From a virus (lineage: Duplodnaviria; Caudoviricetes), in the IMG/VR virus record IMGVR_UViG_3300025154_001315, positions 1 to 60,321 of that record: a stretch of 60,321 bases of DNA; one strand, given 5' to 3'. How positions within the stretch are numbered: position 1 is the stretch's first letter; each line of letters starts with the position of its first letter. This document shows, piece by piece, positions 45,069-54,616 of the stretch. The position numbers and the translations under genes are program-made. The notes under the pieces are model-generated. The model worked only from the letters and a program-made list of their open reading frames with translations. It was not told where the DNA came from and ran no database searches.

Positions 45069-46907
45069 TCAGTCCTCGTACTTCTTCAGCTCACCCCAAG
45101 TGGGGCCTACCTTGCCGTCGCTGAGCATGGGGACGTCGAACTTCGCGCTGGCCATGACGTCGTTGAGGATCTTCATCTCACTCTCCACCGCCTTGTTGGG
45201 AACGCTGATGTTGATCTCGTCGTGGACGGTGACCAGGAAGCGTCCGTTCTTCTTGGCCTCGTTGTAGCGGATGACGGCCTCTTTCGTGCAGCTCGCCGCG
45301 CTGCGCTGGATGAGGTAATTCAACATCTTGTACTCGAAGGTCCTCATCTTCCCGTTGATGGGGCGCGGCGCCTCGCAGTAGATGAGGCCCCCGCCCCACT
45401 CCCGCACCGGCTCGCCCCTGCGCCCGCGTGCCTTGAGCTCAGCGTCCAGGGCTTGGACGTCCGGCAGGGCGGCCTTGTGCGCGCCACGGATGCGGGTGGC
45501 CTGAGCCTTGTCGCACTTGAGCTTCTCCATGATGGCGGGCACCCCGCCGCCGTACACCTGGAGGAAGTTCATGATTTTCACCTGCCTACGGTGCAGGTCC
45601 AAGCCGGTGATGTCGCGGATGAGGTCGTGGACCAGGACGTGGACGTCCACGTTGTTGTCGGCGTTGTAGGCCCGGCACAGGGCGCCGTCCTCGTAGTGCC
45701 CCAAGATGCGGAGCTCCTGCTGCCTGTAGTCTCGGTGGCAGAACTGCGCCCCCTCGTCCGGCAGGATGTAGCACCGCACGCGCGGCAGCTCGGGCACCCC
45801 CAGGAACTTGGGATGGACGTAGCCGTCGTCCTTGTCCATGTAGTCTTTCGTGATGTTCATGAAGTAGCTGCACGACAGGCGGGCCGTGCGGGTGCCTGCC
45901 AGCCCGCCGCCATGCTCCTGGCGCACTTGGTTCCAGGAGGTGGCGATGTAGCCCCCGAGCCGCGTGGCCATCTCCAGCCAGGGCCGCATGGACATGCTGA
46001 GGACGGTACACATCCGGTTGCGGTAGCCGAACACGCTGGCGACCTTGGGGTCGCGGAACTTGTCCACCGTCAGGTACTTCTTGCTGACGCTCTTCTCCTG
46101 CTTCTTGGGCGTCAGCCGCCACTCGGTGATCATGTTCGCCTTGTCCAGCGCCGCCGCCACGTCCTCGTCACTGTCCAGGTTCAGCCCTGGGGCCCTCAGC
46201 CGCTTTCGCAGCCACGCATCGGCCTTGGCCACGGCCTTCTCGAACAGGGGAATGTCGCGCTCCAGCCCTTCCACGTCCACCCGCATCCCGGTGCGCTCGT
46301 TCTCCAACAGGATGGGCATCAGCCTGCGCTCGCGGTCGTAGGCTTGGCGCATCCCCTTGTCGAACTCCGGCACGATGTGGTTGAACAGCAGGTCCGTCCT
46401 GTCCACGTCGCCGATGGCGTACTCGCCGACCAGCTTGCCGGGGGCCTTGCAGATGTGGGCGCCCCACTTCTTGTCGTTCTTGGCCACGATGCCCTTGGCG
46501 ATGAGCCAGTCGCGGACACGCTCCTGCTCCTCGGGCTTGATACCCAGGATGCGCTCGGCACTGGGCTTCAAGCTGAAGGTGGAGGCGTGGGGGTCCTTGA
46601 GGAAGATGGCGTAGAGGGTGTCGTGAATGCGCTCCCAGCTTGGCATCTTCAGCTTCCACCGCACCTCCGCCACGTCCGCGTCGAACTTGCCGTACTGGAA
46701 GAGCAGTGGGGCGCCGCTGTCGTAGACGTCCTTCAAGGCTCCACGCGCCTGGGCCTCGGTGCAGTTGTTCTCCGTCGGGTGGCCGAAGGCGTAGTACCGG
46801 CCCTTCCGTCCCGGATACTTGATGGCCACCCCCACGGGCTTGGGCGGGTACTCAGGACGGGGCTGGATGGCTTCGCTCTCGAAGTCGACCGTGATGGGCT
46901 TCTTCAT
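45069..46907 (-). CDS. Family A DNA polymerase with 3'-5' exonuclease
   Basis: VDFES (ExoI), YAIGD (ExoIII), DYRQQELR (A), RRQVKIMNFLQVYG (B), VHDE (C). Confidence 0.95.
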   Translation of the reverse strand: MKKPITVDFESEAIQPRPEYPPKPVGVAIKYPGRKGRYYAFGHPTENNCTEAQARGALKDVYDSGAPLLFQYGKFDADVAEVRWKLKMPSWERIHDTLYAIFLKDPHASTFSLKPSAERILGIKPEEQERVRDWLIAKGIVAKNDKKWGAHICKAPGKLVGEYAIGDVDRTDLLFNHIVPEFDKGMRQAYDRERRLMPILLENERTGMRVDVEGLERDIPLFEKAVAKADAWLRKRLRAPGLNLDSDEDVAAALDKANMITEWRLTPKKQEKSVSKKYLTVDKFRDPKVASVFGYRNRMCTVLSMSMRPWLEMATRLGGYIATSWNQVRQEHGGGLAGTRTARLSCSYFMNITKDYMDKDDGYVHPKFLGVPELPRVRCYILPDEGAQFCHRDYRQQELRILGHYEDGALCRAYNADNNVDVHVLVHDLIRDITGLDLHRRQVKIMNFLQVYGGGVPAIMEKLKCDKAQATRIRGAHKAALPDVQALDAELKARGRRGEPVREWGGGLIYCEAPRPINGKMRTFEYKMLNYLIQRSAASCTKEAVIRYNEAKKNGRFLVTVHDEINISVPNKAVESEMKILNDVMASAKFDVPMLSDGKVGPTWGELKKYED

Positions 46908-47116
46908 GCGTGCTCCAACATGCCGGCCAACTGCGCGCACTCGTGGCACAGCTTCTCGCCCAGCTTGATGGTCATCCCGCAGCCGGGGCAGCTCACCCAG
47001 TACAACTCCTTCTCGTCCGCCCTGTTGTGAAACGTCCTCTCCCACCCCTCCTTGTACTCCTTGCTCGTGGGGATGCTAGCGATCGACGCGTGATGGTGCG
47101 TTCCTGGTATCTTCAT
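46904..47116 (-). CDS. Small Zn-finger protein
   Basis: CPGC..CHEC; coupled to polA. Confidence 0.6.
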   Translation of the reverse strand: MKIPGTHHHASIASIPTSKEYKEGWERTFHNRADEKELYWVSCPGCGMTIKLGEKLCHECAQLAGMLEHA

Positions 47117-47258
47117 TTGCCTTGTCCTCCCGCGCCCACTTGCGGCGCTCAAGTACCAACTCTCGGTTCTTCGCATAATAGCGGGCGCTGTAGGTGCGCC
47201 ACCCTGCCCGCCGGGCCGTGTCCAAGGGCTCTCGAGGCCTTGCCATGCGTGCTCCCAA

Positions 47259-47289
47259 GCCAAAGCCGGGCCCCCAAGCGGGGCCCGGC
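47259..47289 (-). terminator. Hairpin terminator downstream of the tRNA-like RNA
   Basis: GCCGGGCCCC..GGGGCCCGGC followed by TTTGG. Confidence 0.6.
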
Positions 47290-47297
47290 AAACAAAA

Positions 47298-47444
47298 GGT
47301 GAGGAGGCGGACCGGACTTGCACCGGAGTTTCTCGGCTTGTAGCTGTCATTGACCGGGAGCTACGGGGCGCGACCCCGCGCTTTTCCCCAGTCTGGCGCC
47401 AGCGTCCGAGTGCCCTAGTCTCATTGGACGACCACCTCCTCACC
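47298..47444 (-). ncRNA. tRNA-like RNA with a 69 nt insert in place of the anticodon loop
   Basis: Acceptor GAGGTGG/CCGCCTC, D-stem GTCC/GGGC, anticodon stem CTCGG/CCGAG, T-arm CCGG-TGCAAGT-CCGG. Confidence 0.65.
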
Positions 47445-47452
47445 AACCTAGC

Positions 47453-48208
47453 CTAGAACTTCCGGCCCTTGCCCTTGGCGGGCTTGGCCGGCTCCTCCTC
47501 CGCGCGCGCCTCCGGGTACGGGAAGGCGATGGACTCGGCCACCTCCGCCCGCTTGGCCATGATGCCCGCCATCAGCTCGCTCTCCACGGTGCCGACCTCG
47601 TTGAACGTCACCTTGAACTGCGTCTTGGCGTCCGGCACCACCGCGATCTCCGTCAGCACGCCGAACGGCGGGCGCTTGAGCACGTTGGCGATGTTCTTCA
47701 CGTAGAGGCTCCACGCCTTCACGCTCGTCACGGGCAGCTTGAAGAAGAAGGCCTCCACGTCCTTGATGTTGTCGGCGGTGAGGCCGTTGCTGCTGATGAG
47801 CGCCAGCCGGCGGATGTTCTTGCACGCCTTGCCCTTGCCGGTGTCGGCCGTGCCGAACTCGTTCTTGGGGCAGCCCCGGCACTGTTCGTGCTGGGGCTCG
47901 GAGGACTTCTCGTGCGGCTTCAGGCCCTCCTCGTCCTCGCTGAAGGCGTAGCAGCACGGCGGCCGGGGGTTGTCCGGGTCGAACTTCCCGTCGTACATGG
48001 CGTTCTCGTAGATGCTGTGCAGCACCACGACCACCGCCTTGTTGTCCTTGACGGGCTGCCCCGCCACGGTGAGCACGCCGCTCTTGACGCTGATGAAGCT
48101 GCCCGCCGGGGTCTGCTCCTTGTCGCTGGCCTCCTTGGCGTACTTCGCCAGATCCTCGTCCCAGTTGGCCAGCGCGGTCGTCGTCGCCTTCTTCACGTTC
48201 TTCGCCAT
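47453..48208 (-). CDS. Putative ssDNA-binding/annealing protein
   Basis: AAGGAG RBS; C..CPKN.FG..GKGKACK..RRL motif; located in the replication module. Confidence 0.6.
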   Translation of the reverse strand: MAKNVKKATTTALANWDEDLAKYAKEASDKEQTPAGSFISVKSGVLTVAGQPVKDNKAVVVVLHSIYENAMYDGKFDPDNPRPPCCYAFSEDEEGLKPHEKSSEPQHEQCRGCPKNEFGTADTGKGKACKNIRRLALISSNGLTADNIKDVEAFFFKLPVTSVKAWSLYVKNIANVLKRPPFGVLTEIAVVPDAKTQFKVTFNEVGTVESELMAGIMAKRAEVAESIAFPYPEARAEEEPAKPAKGKGRKF

Positions 48209-48321
48209 CTGAACTGCTCCTTGTGCGCGTAGAGAACTGGCCACCCCGCCCGCGCCTGACGGGGGCCTGTACAGCGGGGAAGACTACTTCTCGGCTTCGC
48301 CGAGGCTTGCTTTCCAGTTGC

Positions 48322-48711
48322 TCACTTGCCGCTCTTGGTGATGCTGAGCTTGACCACGCCGAACGGCTCGACGCCCGGCACCTTGATCTGGTCATCCAGG
48401 CGCGCCCTGTAGGCGCTGTCGTTCACGCGGCGCTGGAGCAGGTCGAACGCCCCCTCCTTCGCCACGTACTTGTAGAAGGCCTCCCAGTCCTGCACCTGGG
48501 CCACGGTCTGGCGACTGACGCTGGCGGTGGCCACCTTGCCGCGCGCCCCCTCCACGTCGCCCTTGCTGAAGCTGTTGAGGATGTGGTCGCTGAGGGCAGT
48601 CTCCTGCGCCTTGAGCGTGCCGATGCGCTTCTCTTCCTCCAGGCGCTTGGCTCGCATCTGGTACAGCTTGTCGATGCAGGCGCCGAGGGTCTTCGGATAC
48701 TTCGCTTCCAT
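48322..48711 (-). CDS. Replication-module coiled-coil protein
   Basis: VQDWEAFYKYV..DLLQRRV..VPGV motif. Confidence 0.7.
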   Translation of the reverse strand: MEAKYPKTLGACIDKLYQMRAKRLEEEKRIGTLKAQETALSDHILNSFSKGDVEGARGKVATASVSRQTVAQVQDWEAFYKYVAKEGAFDLLQRRVNDSAYRARLDDQIKVPGVEPFGVVKLSITKSGK

Positions 48712-48825
48712 GTGTGCCTCCAGTTCGCTACGCGAACGGCCTTCATCCGCCATTCGCTGTCAAGTTGCCTACCCGTAACTGCCCGCCACCCTACACGGGC
48801 GGCGGGCAGACGGGCAAGCGTTGAA

Positions 48826-49173
48826 CTACTTCTTGCGAAACTGTCCGCCACCAGTCGGGCAGTCCAGATTGTCGTGGTCTCCCCACGTCGCTCCGCAGGT
48901 GGCGCAGAGCGTGCCCATGGGGTAGGACATGGGCGTCACATCCTTCGCCGCCTTCGGGTCCTGGATGACGCCCGCCTCCACCAGCTCGATGTACTTGGTC
49001 AGGTAGTGCTGGGCCTTCTTCAGATCCTCCAGGCCGTTCTTCTCCTTCCACCGCGCGATGTACTTGGTGATGGCCCCCTGGAAGTAGTCCAGGCCCAGCG
49101 CCCCCGCCCAGTCCCAGTGCTGGATGGGCTTCTGGTAGTGCTTCCCGCCGACCTGCATGTCGTTCGCCTTCAT
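48826..49173 (-). CDS. DUF3310 protein (putative nucleotide kinase)
   Basis: QVGGKHY..GAITKYIARWKEKNGLEDLKKAQHYL. Confidence 0.85.
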   Translation of the reverse strand: MKANDMQVGGKHYQKPIQHWDWAGALGLDYFQGAITKYIARWKEKNGLEDLKKAQHYLTKYIELVEAGVIQDPKAAKDVTPMSYPMGTLCATCGATWGDHDNLDCPTGGGQFRKK

Positions 49174-49685
49174 CGCCACTCTCCCTTCAGGTAGTCCACC
49201 AGCTCCGGCACGCCCTTCAGCTCCCCACACTCCTGCACCACGTAGTCCAGCACTCGGTTGAACACCTCCGTGTGGCGGGGGTGGCGGCAGCCCATCTGCC
49301 GCTCGTACAAGAGGTGCATGGCGAGGTCCAGGCGGTCAGCGGCTTGGACGACCAGCCTCTCCCACTTGTTCATGTCGGGCATCAGCACGCTGTTGCTGAT
49401 TCTCCACTCCACTTCCTCCAGCTCCAGGTCCTGACTCATCGTGGGGTGTCGCTTCTTCATGTGGGCAGGCACGTCGCCGGTCCACACCTCCGGCGCGTCG
49501 TGGACAAGGAGGGCATACAGCACCACCTCCATCCTGGCGGCGGGCAGGGCGTACATCAGCTCCATGGCGATGCACTGCGCCCCGTAGACGTGCTCCGCGA
49601 TGGTGTGGTTGTAGAGCGTGGGGACGGCGTGCAGCCGCTTCACGTGGCCTGCTTCGCGCAGGGCCTCCAGGCGCTTGAAGTTCAC
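49170..49685 (-). CDS. YfbR-like HD-domain deoxynucleotide phosphohydrolase
   Basis: VKRLH..IAEH..HDAPE..TGDVP..ADRLD. Confidence 0.85.
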   Translation of the reverse strand: MNFKRLEALREAGHVKRLHAVPTLYNHTIAEHVYGAQCIAMELMYALPAARMEVVLYALLVHDAPEVWTGDVPAHMKKRHPTMSQDLELEEVEWRISNSVLMPDMNKWERLVVQAADRLDLAMHLLYERQMGCRHPRHTEVFNRVLDYVVQECGELKGVPELVDYLKGEWR

Positions 49686-49894
49686 GAGAGCCCCTCCTTC
49701 TCCGCCCACCAGCCCTCAACGATGAGCTCTCCGTCACCAGCCTTCATGCTGTACACCTCGCTGTCGTCGTGGATGACTGACTTCGGGATCCAGTGCTCCT
49801 CCCCGTCTGACTCCAGGTAGACGAGCAGGGCCTTGGCCGTCTCGCGGACGGGGCGTGCCTTGCCCAGCCGCGCGGGTTCCAGTTCTGCACTCAC
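49682..49894 (-). CDS. Small protein (ETAKALL..WIPKS motif)
   Basis: Coupled GTG-start ORF. Confidence 0.65.
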   Translation of the reverse strand: MSAELEPARLGKARPVRETAKALLVYLESDGEEHWIPKSVIHDDSEVYSMKAGDGELIVEGWWAEKEGLS

Positions 49895-50106
49895 TTCACA
49901 CCCCAGCGTTGAATTGCGTCCATCATCTTCACGTCGCACGGGCTCTCGTGACCCCACTGACCCTGTGTGGCGTGTGCAGCGACGCGATACCAGCACCACA
50001 TCACCAGCGACTTTGGCAGGTGCCACGCGATCCAGATGGTCGCCCTCTGGACAAGGCGCCGCCGCAAGGCGCCTGCCTCCCACAACTTCCACTTGAGCCA
50101 CTTCAT
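49891..50106 (-). CDS. Small Trp-rich protein
   Basis: AAGGAGG RBS; coupled. Confidence 0.6.
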   Translation of the reverse strand: MKWLKWKLWEAGALRRRLVQRATIWIAWHLPKSLVMWCWYRVAAHATQGQWGHESPCDVKMMDAIQRWGVK

Positions 50107-51194
50107 CACTTGGCCTCCTTCTTCGGGTGCGCCGCCAGCCACGTCGCCGCCGCCAGCTTCCAGTCGGTGGCGATGCAGCCCTCCAGGTAGCCCGCGTCCC
50201 GGTTCTTCCAGGCGTTCCACAGGGGCGCGGCCACGAACTTCCACCACGGGTGCGTGAAGCTGCTGACCTGCACCTCCTGCCCGCCGTCAAACAGCAGGAA
50301 GAACGTCTCCAGGTCCTGGTGCCAGTAGTGGAGCTGGTCCTGGCGGTGGCAGGAGTTGTCCGGGTCGACGAACATGGGCTGCGGCTTCACCGCCCCCAGC
50401 GCGTAGGGGCTGCGCTCCTGGTAGACGCTCGGGCTCCACCCCGCCTTGATGCGCTCCCACACCTTGCCGCCCTCGCCCCCGGTGTAGACGTGGAGGCTGT
50501 CCGAGAACTGGACGTAGGTGCCCACCTCCAAGCCCAGGCGGGCGGCCATGTACTCCTGGAGGATGGAGAAGTGGACGACGTTGGCCCCGTAGGCGCCCCA
50601 GATGAGGTCGTTGCTGCGGTTGCAGACGGTCATGTTAAGCCGCCCGTCCCTCACCTTGAAGTAGGCGTTCGTGTTGCAGGGTATGTCAGTGCTGTCGATC
50701 CCCGCCTCCACGTGCGTCCCGTAGTCCACTCCGTGCAGGTCGTACGGGGGGCGCCACATCTGGAGCACTGCGCGCCTACTGTCGGGCTTCTGCTTCAGGT
50801 GGTTCACCAGGAAGTCGAGCTGGTCCACCCCGAACGCCTTGCGCCAACGGTAGCCGTAGCTCCCCTGCATCCTGTGGCCGTCGTCGCTGTAGTTGCGGAA
50901 CTTGGGGACCAAGTACTCCATGAACCGCACATCGTCGCGACCGGCGAGGAGCCACAGAGACTCGAACAGGTGGAGGAAGGGGTTGGCATCCCGCTCCTTG
51001 TAGAACAGCACCCGCTCCAGGGGGCGTTCGTAGTACGTGGCCACCGGCTCGTCGAACTCCAGGGTGTCCCCGTTGCGGCTAGTCTGCCGGTGCCAGCTCG
51101 TACCCTCGCCCTTGTCCTCACCCTCGTCGTACTCCAGCAGCATGAACAGCACCTTCCGCAGCGCGTCGTTGACACCTCGTGCGTGGATCTCCAT
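50106..51194 (-). CDS. Thymidylate-synthase-fold enzyme, probable dUMP hydroxymethylase
   Basis: SRNG, YGYRW, DSRRAV, catalytic IPCN, RSND..GAYGAN (Asn, dUMP-type), SLHVY. Confidence 0.85.
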   Translation of the reverse strand: MEIHARGVNDALRKVLFMLLEYDEGEDKGEGTSWHRQTSRNGDTLEFDEPVATYYERPLERVLFYKERDANPFLHLFESLWLLAGRDDVRFMEYLVPKFRNYSDDGHRMQGSYGYRWRKAFGVDQLDFLVNHLKQKPDSRRAVLQMWRPPYDLHGVDYGTHVEAGIDSTDIPCNTNAYFKVRDGRLNMTVCNRSNDLIWGAYGANVVHFSILQEYMAARLGLEVGTYVQFSDSLHVYTGGEGGKVWERIKAGWSPSVYQERSPYALGAVKPQPMFVDPDNSCHRQDQLHYWHQDLETFFLLFDGGQEVQVSSFTHPWWKFVAAPLWNAWKNRDAGYLEGCIATDWKLAAATWLAAHPKKEAK

Positions 51195-51655
51195 CACTTC
51201 ACCTCCCTGCGAATGCCGACCATTCCGTAGTTCCACAGCCCGAAGAAGTGCCTGTCCTGCGCCCTGTCGGCCAGCCGCTTCAGCCCGAGGATGTCATCCA
51301 GCGCGGCCACCGGCACGCCATCGATCATGTACGCCCTGCCGGCGTTGAGATAGCGTTGGCGCAGCCCGCTCGCGGGGATGTAGTCCACCTTGATGCCGTC
51401 GATCTCCGTTGTCGCGCTGCCCTCGGTGGAGCCCTTCGCCAACTTGGCCTCGATGCCCTCGCCACTCGGGGCCTTGGTCACCAGGAAGTCGATGTCGCCC
51501 GGGATGACGTCGAACCCCAACATCCACAGCGCCGCCGTTCCGATCAGCACGCCCGTCGCGCTGTCGTCCTTCCTCAGCAGGATGTGAGCCTTCTTGATGA
51601 CTTCGCGGCCAACCTCAGCTTGCTTGCACAGCTTCATTTCGTTCATCTCCATCAC
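51194..51655 (-). CDS. Pol-beta-superfamily nucleotidyltransferase-like protein
   Basis: IGTAA..GDIDF..KVD..LK....RAQD. Confidence 0.7.
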   Translation of the reverse strand: MMEMNEMKLCKQAEVGREVIKKAHILLRKDDSATGVLIGTAALWMLGFDVIPGDIDFLVTKAPSGEGIEAKLAKGSTEGSATTEIDGIKVDYIPASGLRQRYLNAGRAYMIDGVPVAALDDILGLKRLADRAQDRHFFGLWNYGMVGIRREVK

Positions 51656-51656
51656 T

Positions 51657-52427
51657 TCACCCCTTCTTCAGCGCCTTGGCCCACTGCACCCTCACGTCCA
51701 TCATCCCAGCCTCCATGCCGGTCCACGCCTTCTTCTCCCGCACCGTCACGGCGTGGGGGTACATCGCAGCCAGCCTGCGGGCACTGTCCGTCTGGCAGGG
51801 GGTGGTCCTCCAGGTGGAGCACCCGCCCTGGACGTTGCTCGGGCCTGCGTTCAGTCGGTACTCCAGGCTGAGGCGGTTGGGCAGCCCGGCGGACAGGAGC
51901 TGCAGAGTCATGTTGAAGTCCTCCATCGTGGCCACGTCCTTGGCCAGCCCCTTGCCGAAGGTGGCCTTGGCGTCCATCACCATCGGCACGTTGTAGGCCA
52001 GCGCGTACATCATCCGCTTGCACTCCAGCCACATCTCCGTGCTGGCCCAATAGGCGGTCCGCACCATCCAGCCGCAGTGGGCGCGCACGTCGAGCGTCTT
52101 CTCCAGCCAGTTGAAGGCGCCCACCATCTGCTGGTCCGTGGCGTTCTTGATCTTCATGTCGGCGCGTCGCACCTGGATGGTCAGGTCGTCGTCCAGCATG
52201 ACGAACTTCTGGATATCCTGCTCCGCGCAGTAGCGCAGGATGTAGTCGCGCGTGGCGGTGATGCCCTTGGCCTTGCACCAGAGCACGTTGCGCCCCCTGC
52301 TCTGGTGGCTGGGCGCCTCGCTGGGCGGGCACACCAGCTTCGTGTGCCTCTTCACGGCGTCGGGCAGTCGGTCGTAGGTCCACTGCCGGTCCACTCGGTT
52401 CATCGTCGGGATGAATACGTTGATCAC
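51657..52427 (-). CDS. GT-A glycosyltransferase, TAGT/GREB1/JGT-like
   Basis: VFIPTMNR, GITATRDYI, MLDDD, EDFNMTLQLL, GGC motifs. Confidence 0.8.
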   Translation of the reverse strand: MINVFIPTMNRVDRQWTYDRLPDAVKRHTKLVCPPSEAPSHQSRGRNVLWCKAKGITATRDYILRYCAEQDIQKFVMLDDDLTIQVRRADMKIKNATDQQMVGAFNWLEKTLDVRAHCGWMVRTAYWASTEMWLECKRMMYALAYNVPMVMDAKATFGKGLAKDVATMEDFNMTLQLLSAGLPNRLSLEYRLNAGPSNVQGGCSTWRTTPCQTDSARRLAAMYPHAVTVREKKAWTGMEAGMMDVRVQWAKALKKG

Positions 52428-52609
52428 TTGCTTGCCTCCTTCAACTGCGCCTCCAGTTCCTGTATCCGCTCCCTCGTCTTGACCAAGCTGGCCTCGCCCG
52501 CCGCCAAGTGCTGTCGCCTATCAGCCAGCTCCGCCTCCAGCGCGTGGCGCTGCGCCGCGTCGGTGCTCTGCCGCATCTTGATGACCTCGTCCAACATCTG
52601 CTCTTGCAT
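52424..52609 (-). CDS. Small coiled-coil protein flanked by 23 bp direct repeats
   Basis: Repeat at 52421-52443 and 52612-52634. Confidence 0.6.
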   Translation of the reverse strand: MQEQMLDEVIKMRQSTDAAQRHALEAELADRRQHLAAGEASLVKTRERIQELEAQLKEASK

Positions 52610-52614
52610 GGTGA

Positions 52615-52818
52615 TCACTTGCTTGCCTCCTTCACGTTGAGCTGTTGCAACCACTCCTTGATCCAGATCCTGCTGCCCGTCTTCTCCGCCTTGCGAGCCT
52701 CCTTCATGAACTCGGTGAAATGCTTCCGGCAAAGGTAGCTCACCTGCTCCTCCACGTCAAGGATGAAGACGCGCTGCCGGGCTTCCTTCTCCTCGCACTT
52801 GGCAACTTCGCACTTCAT
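52615..52818 (-). CDS. Small Cys/His protein
   Basis: C....C..LCRKH. Confidence 0.6.
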   Translation of the reverse strand: MKCEVAKCEEKEARQRVFILDVEEQVSYLCRKHFTEFMKEARKAEKTGSRIWIKEWLQQLNVKEASK

Positions 52819-52970
52819 CGGTACACGTTCCTTGCCGCCGCGACGGCCGCGCGGGCGGCAGCTATCCACTGCGCCCGCTCGCGCACGGTGAGGTCCAGCC
52901 ACCGCTGAGCACCCTGGCAGTAGGCGCGATGGGCTGCGCGGCCGAGCTTTTCCAAACTTTCTTCGTTCAT
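52815..52970 (-). CDS. Small hypothetical protein (51 aa)
   Basis: MNEESLEKLGRAAHRAY..; ATGA coupling. Confidence 0.55.
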   Translation of the reverse strand: MNEESLEKLGRAAHRAYCQGAQRWLDLTVRERAQWIAAARAAVAAARNVYR

Positions 52971-53015
52971 TCTTCGTTCCCCGGCTTTTTGAGTGTGGGA
53001 TGACCGGTAGTGTGA

Positions 53016-53969
53016 TTAGGCTATCTCGATACCGTTGCGCTCATGGGGGCGCTGATGGGGCGGGAGGTAGGTGGAGCGCGGCTTGCCCACGCCAGTCACC
53101 ACCTTCATTCGCTTTGCGTGTTCACAGAGACAGAATTGGACGTCGTGAGCGCTGAGCGTGCCGCTGTTCGGGAACCACTTCGTCCAGTTCTGGTTCACCA
53201 GCACGCGGAGGGCCACGACCTCCTCCAGCCACGTGTGCGAGTTGAGCGTGAAGTCCGGGTCGCGGCCCGCGATGTAGTTGAGCCCACGCCGCGCCCCCGG
53301 CCCCACCGGGGTCCAGGTCTCCTCGTCCCAGAACAGACCGGGGTAACAGAGGATGAAGTCCTGGAGGACCTCCTTCACCATGAAGCCGGTGCCACCGAAC
53401 CCCTCCAGCTTCATCATCTCCTCCCCCAGCGCCGCCCAGCTCGGGCTCTTGAACTTGAGCAGCGGAGCCAGCCGCTCCTTGTAGGCCGCCGCCAAGCCGC
53501 TCAGGTAGTCCACCACCACATCCTCCTTGGGCTCCTTCCGGCCGCCGTTGGTTATGACGTAGGCTCCGGTGAACACCTCCTGCCGCACGCGCACCCGCTT
53601 GTGGGGCCCGCGCACCCGCTCCACAGGGCTCTGGAGGCGCTCCTTGGCCACGCGCAGCACGCGGGCAGCCTGCCACCTTGCCTGCCAGCCAACAGCCTGT
53701 GCGAACCCTGCCGTTCCGAAGTACCTAAAGGTAGCGCAGTTGAGCAACGCCTGCTCGTACTTCCCCGGCTTGACGTTGGCCTTGTAGATGGCGAGGAAGG
53801 CCTGCGTCGTGCGGTCGTTCACGCGGCGGACATTGGTGAAGCTGTACTTCTGCAGGATCTCATCCTTGGTCCAGGGCCACGGCGCCCCGCTCTCCTTCTT
53901 GAGCCGGATGTTCTCGCGCTCGTGGATGTAGTAGAGGAACTTCTTGATGCCTTCGCTGCTAGCCTTCAT
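53016..53969 (-). CDS. aGPT-Pplase1 / 5-hmdU DNA kinase helical-domain family protein
   Basis: ERENIRLKKESG..PWTKDEILQKYSFTNVRR.NDRTT; GPGARRGL; QFCLCE. Confidence 0.85.
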   Translation of the reverse strand: MKASSEGIKKFLYYIHERENIRLKKESGAPWPWTKDEILQKYSFTNVRRVNDRTTQAFLAIYKANVKPGKYEQALLNCATFRYFGTAGFAQAVGWQARWQAARVLRVAKERLQSPVERVRGPHKRVRVRQEVFTGAYVITNGGRKEPKEDVVVDYLSGLAAAYKERLAPLLKFKSPSWAALGEEMMKLEGFGGTGFMVKEVLQDFILCYPGLFWDEETWTPVGPGARRGLNYIAGRDPDFTLNSHTWLEEVVALRVLVNQNWTKWFPNSGTLSAHDVQFCLCEHAKRMKVVTGVGKPRSTYLPPHQRPHERNGIEIA

Positions 53970-54616
53970 CGCTCACCTCGTACGTAGATGGCCGTCGTGT
54001 GCCACAACTTCTCGTTGTCCAGCTTCGGCGGCTTGAGCCACCTGAAGCCCTGCTCCTGCAACTCCACGTCCAACAGGTTGGCCGCCTCCCACTGCCCCTT
54101 CTTCTGTAGATGGTACTCGATGAGCACCGCCTGGAGCCGCTTGGGCAGCGCCCGGCCCAACAGCAGGTCGTACTCGGCGCCCTCGCAGTCCATCTTGAGC
54201 ACGGTGAAGCTACACAGCTTGAGCAGCGCCCCCATGCGGACCACCGTCACCGGCACGGGCTCCCGCCCGCGCGTGGGGACCGTGCTGTGGCTCCCCTTGT
54301 TCGGGCCAGGGCTGGTCCACAGGGGGATGGTCGCCCCTTGGTAGCTGTCACCCACCACCGCGCAGTTCATGGGGCGGACGTTGTGGCCGATGTTCCGCTT
54401 GAGCAGCGCGTAGTTCTCGGGCTCGGGCTCCACCGCCGTCACGGACTTGCACTGCTCCCCCGCCCACTGCGCGTAGCTGCCGATGTTGGCGCCGATGTCC
54501 AGCACCACGTCGGACTTGCCCAGCGGGAGGCGCTGGTAGCCCTTGAGCTCGTTGATGACGTACTTGTCCATCGTACCGGGACGGACCCAGTAAGTCTTGT
54601 AGGCGTCGTACTTCAT
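53966..54616 (-). CDS. FkbM-family SAM methyltransferase
   Basis: VLDIGANIG, EPEPENY, LKMDCEGAEY. Confidence 0.9.
   Translation of the reverse strand: MKYDAYKTYWVRPGTMDKYVINELKGYQRLPLGKSDVVLDIGANIGSYAQWAGEQCKSVTAVEPEPENYALLKRNIGHNVRPMNCAVVGDSYQGATIPLWTSPGPNKGSHSTVPTRGREPVPVTVVRMGALLKLCSFTVLKMDCEGAEYDLLLGRALPKRLQAVLIEYHLQKKGQWEAANLLDVELQEQGFRWLKPPKLDNEKLWHTTAIYVRGER

Noticed and set aside
49170-49685. 2-aminoadenine (Z-genome) pathway suggested by a DatZ-like HD enzyme
   Set aside because: No PurZ-like gene was seen, and the neighbours point to uracil/thymine chemistry
50106-51194. dCMP hydroxymethylase (hmC pathway)
   Set aside because: The specificity position is Asn (GAYGAN) rather than Asp, and a dCMP deaminase is present; not fully excluded without an assay
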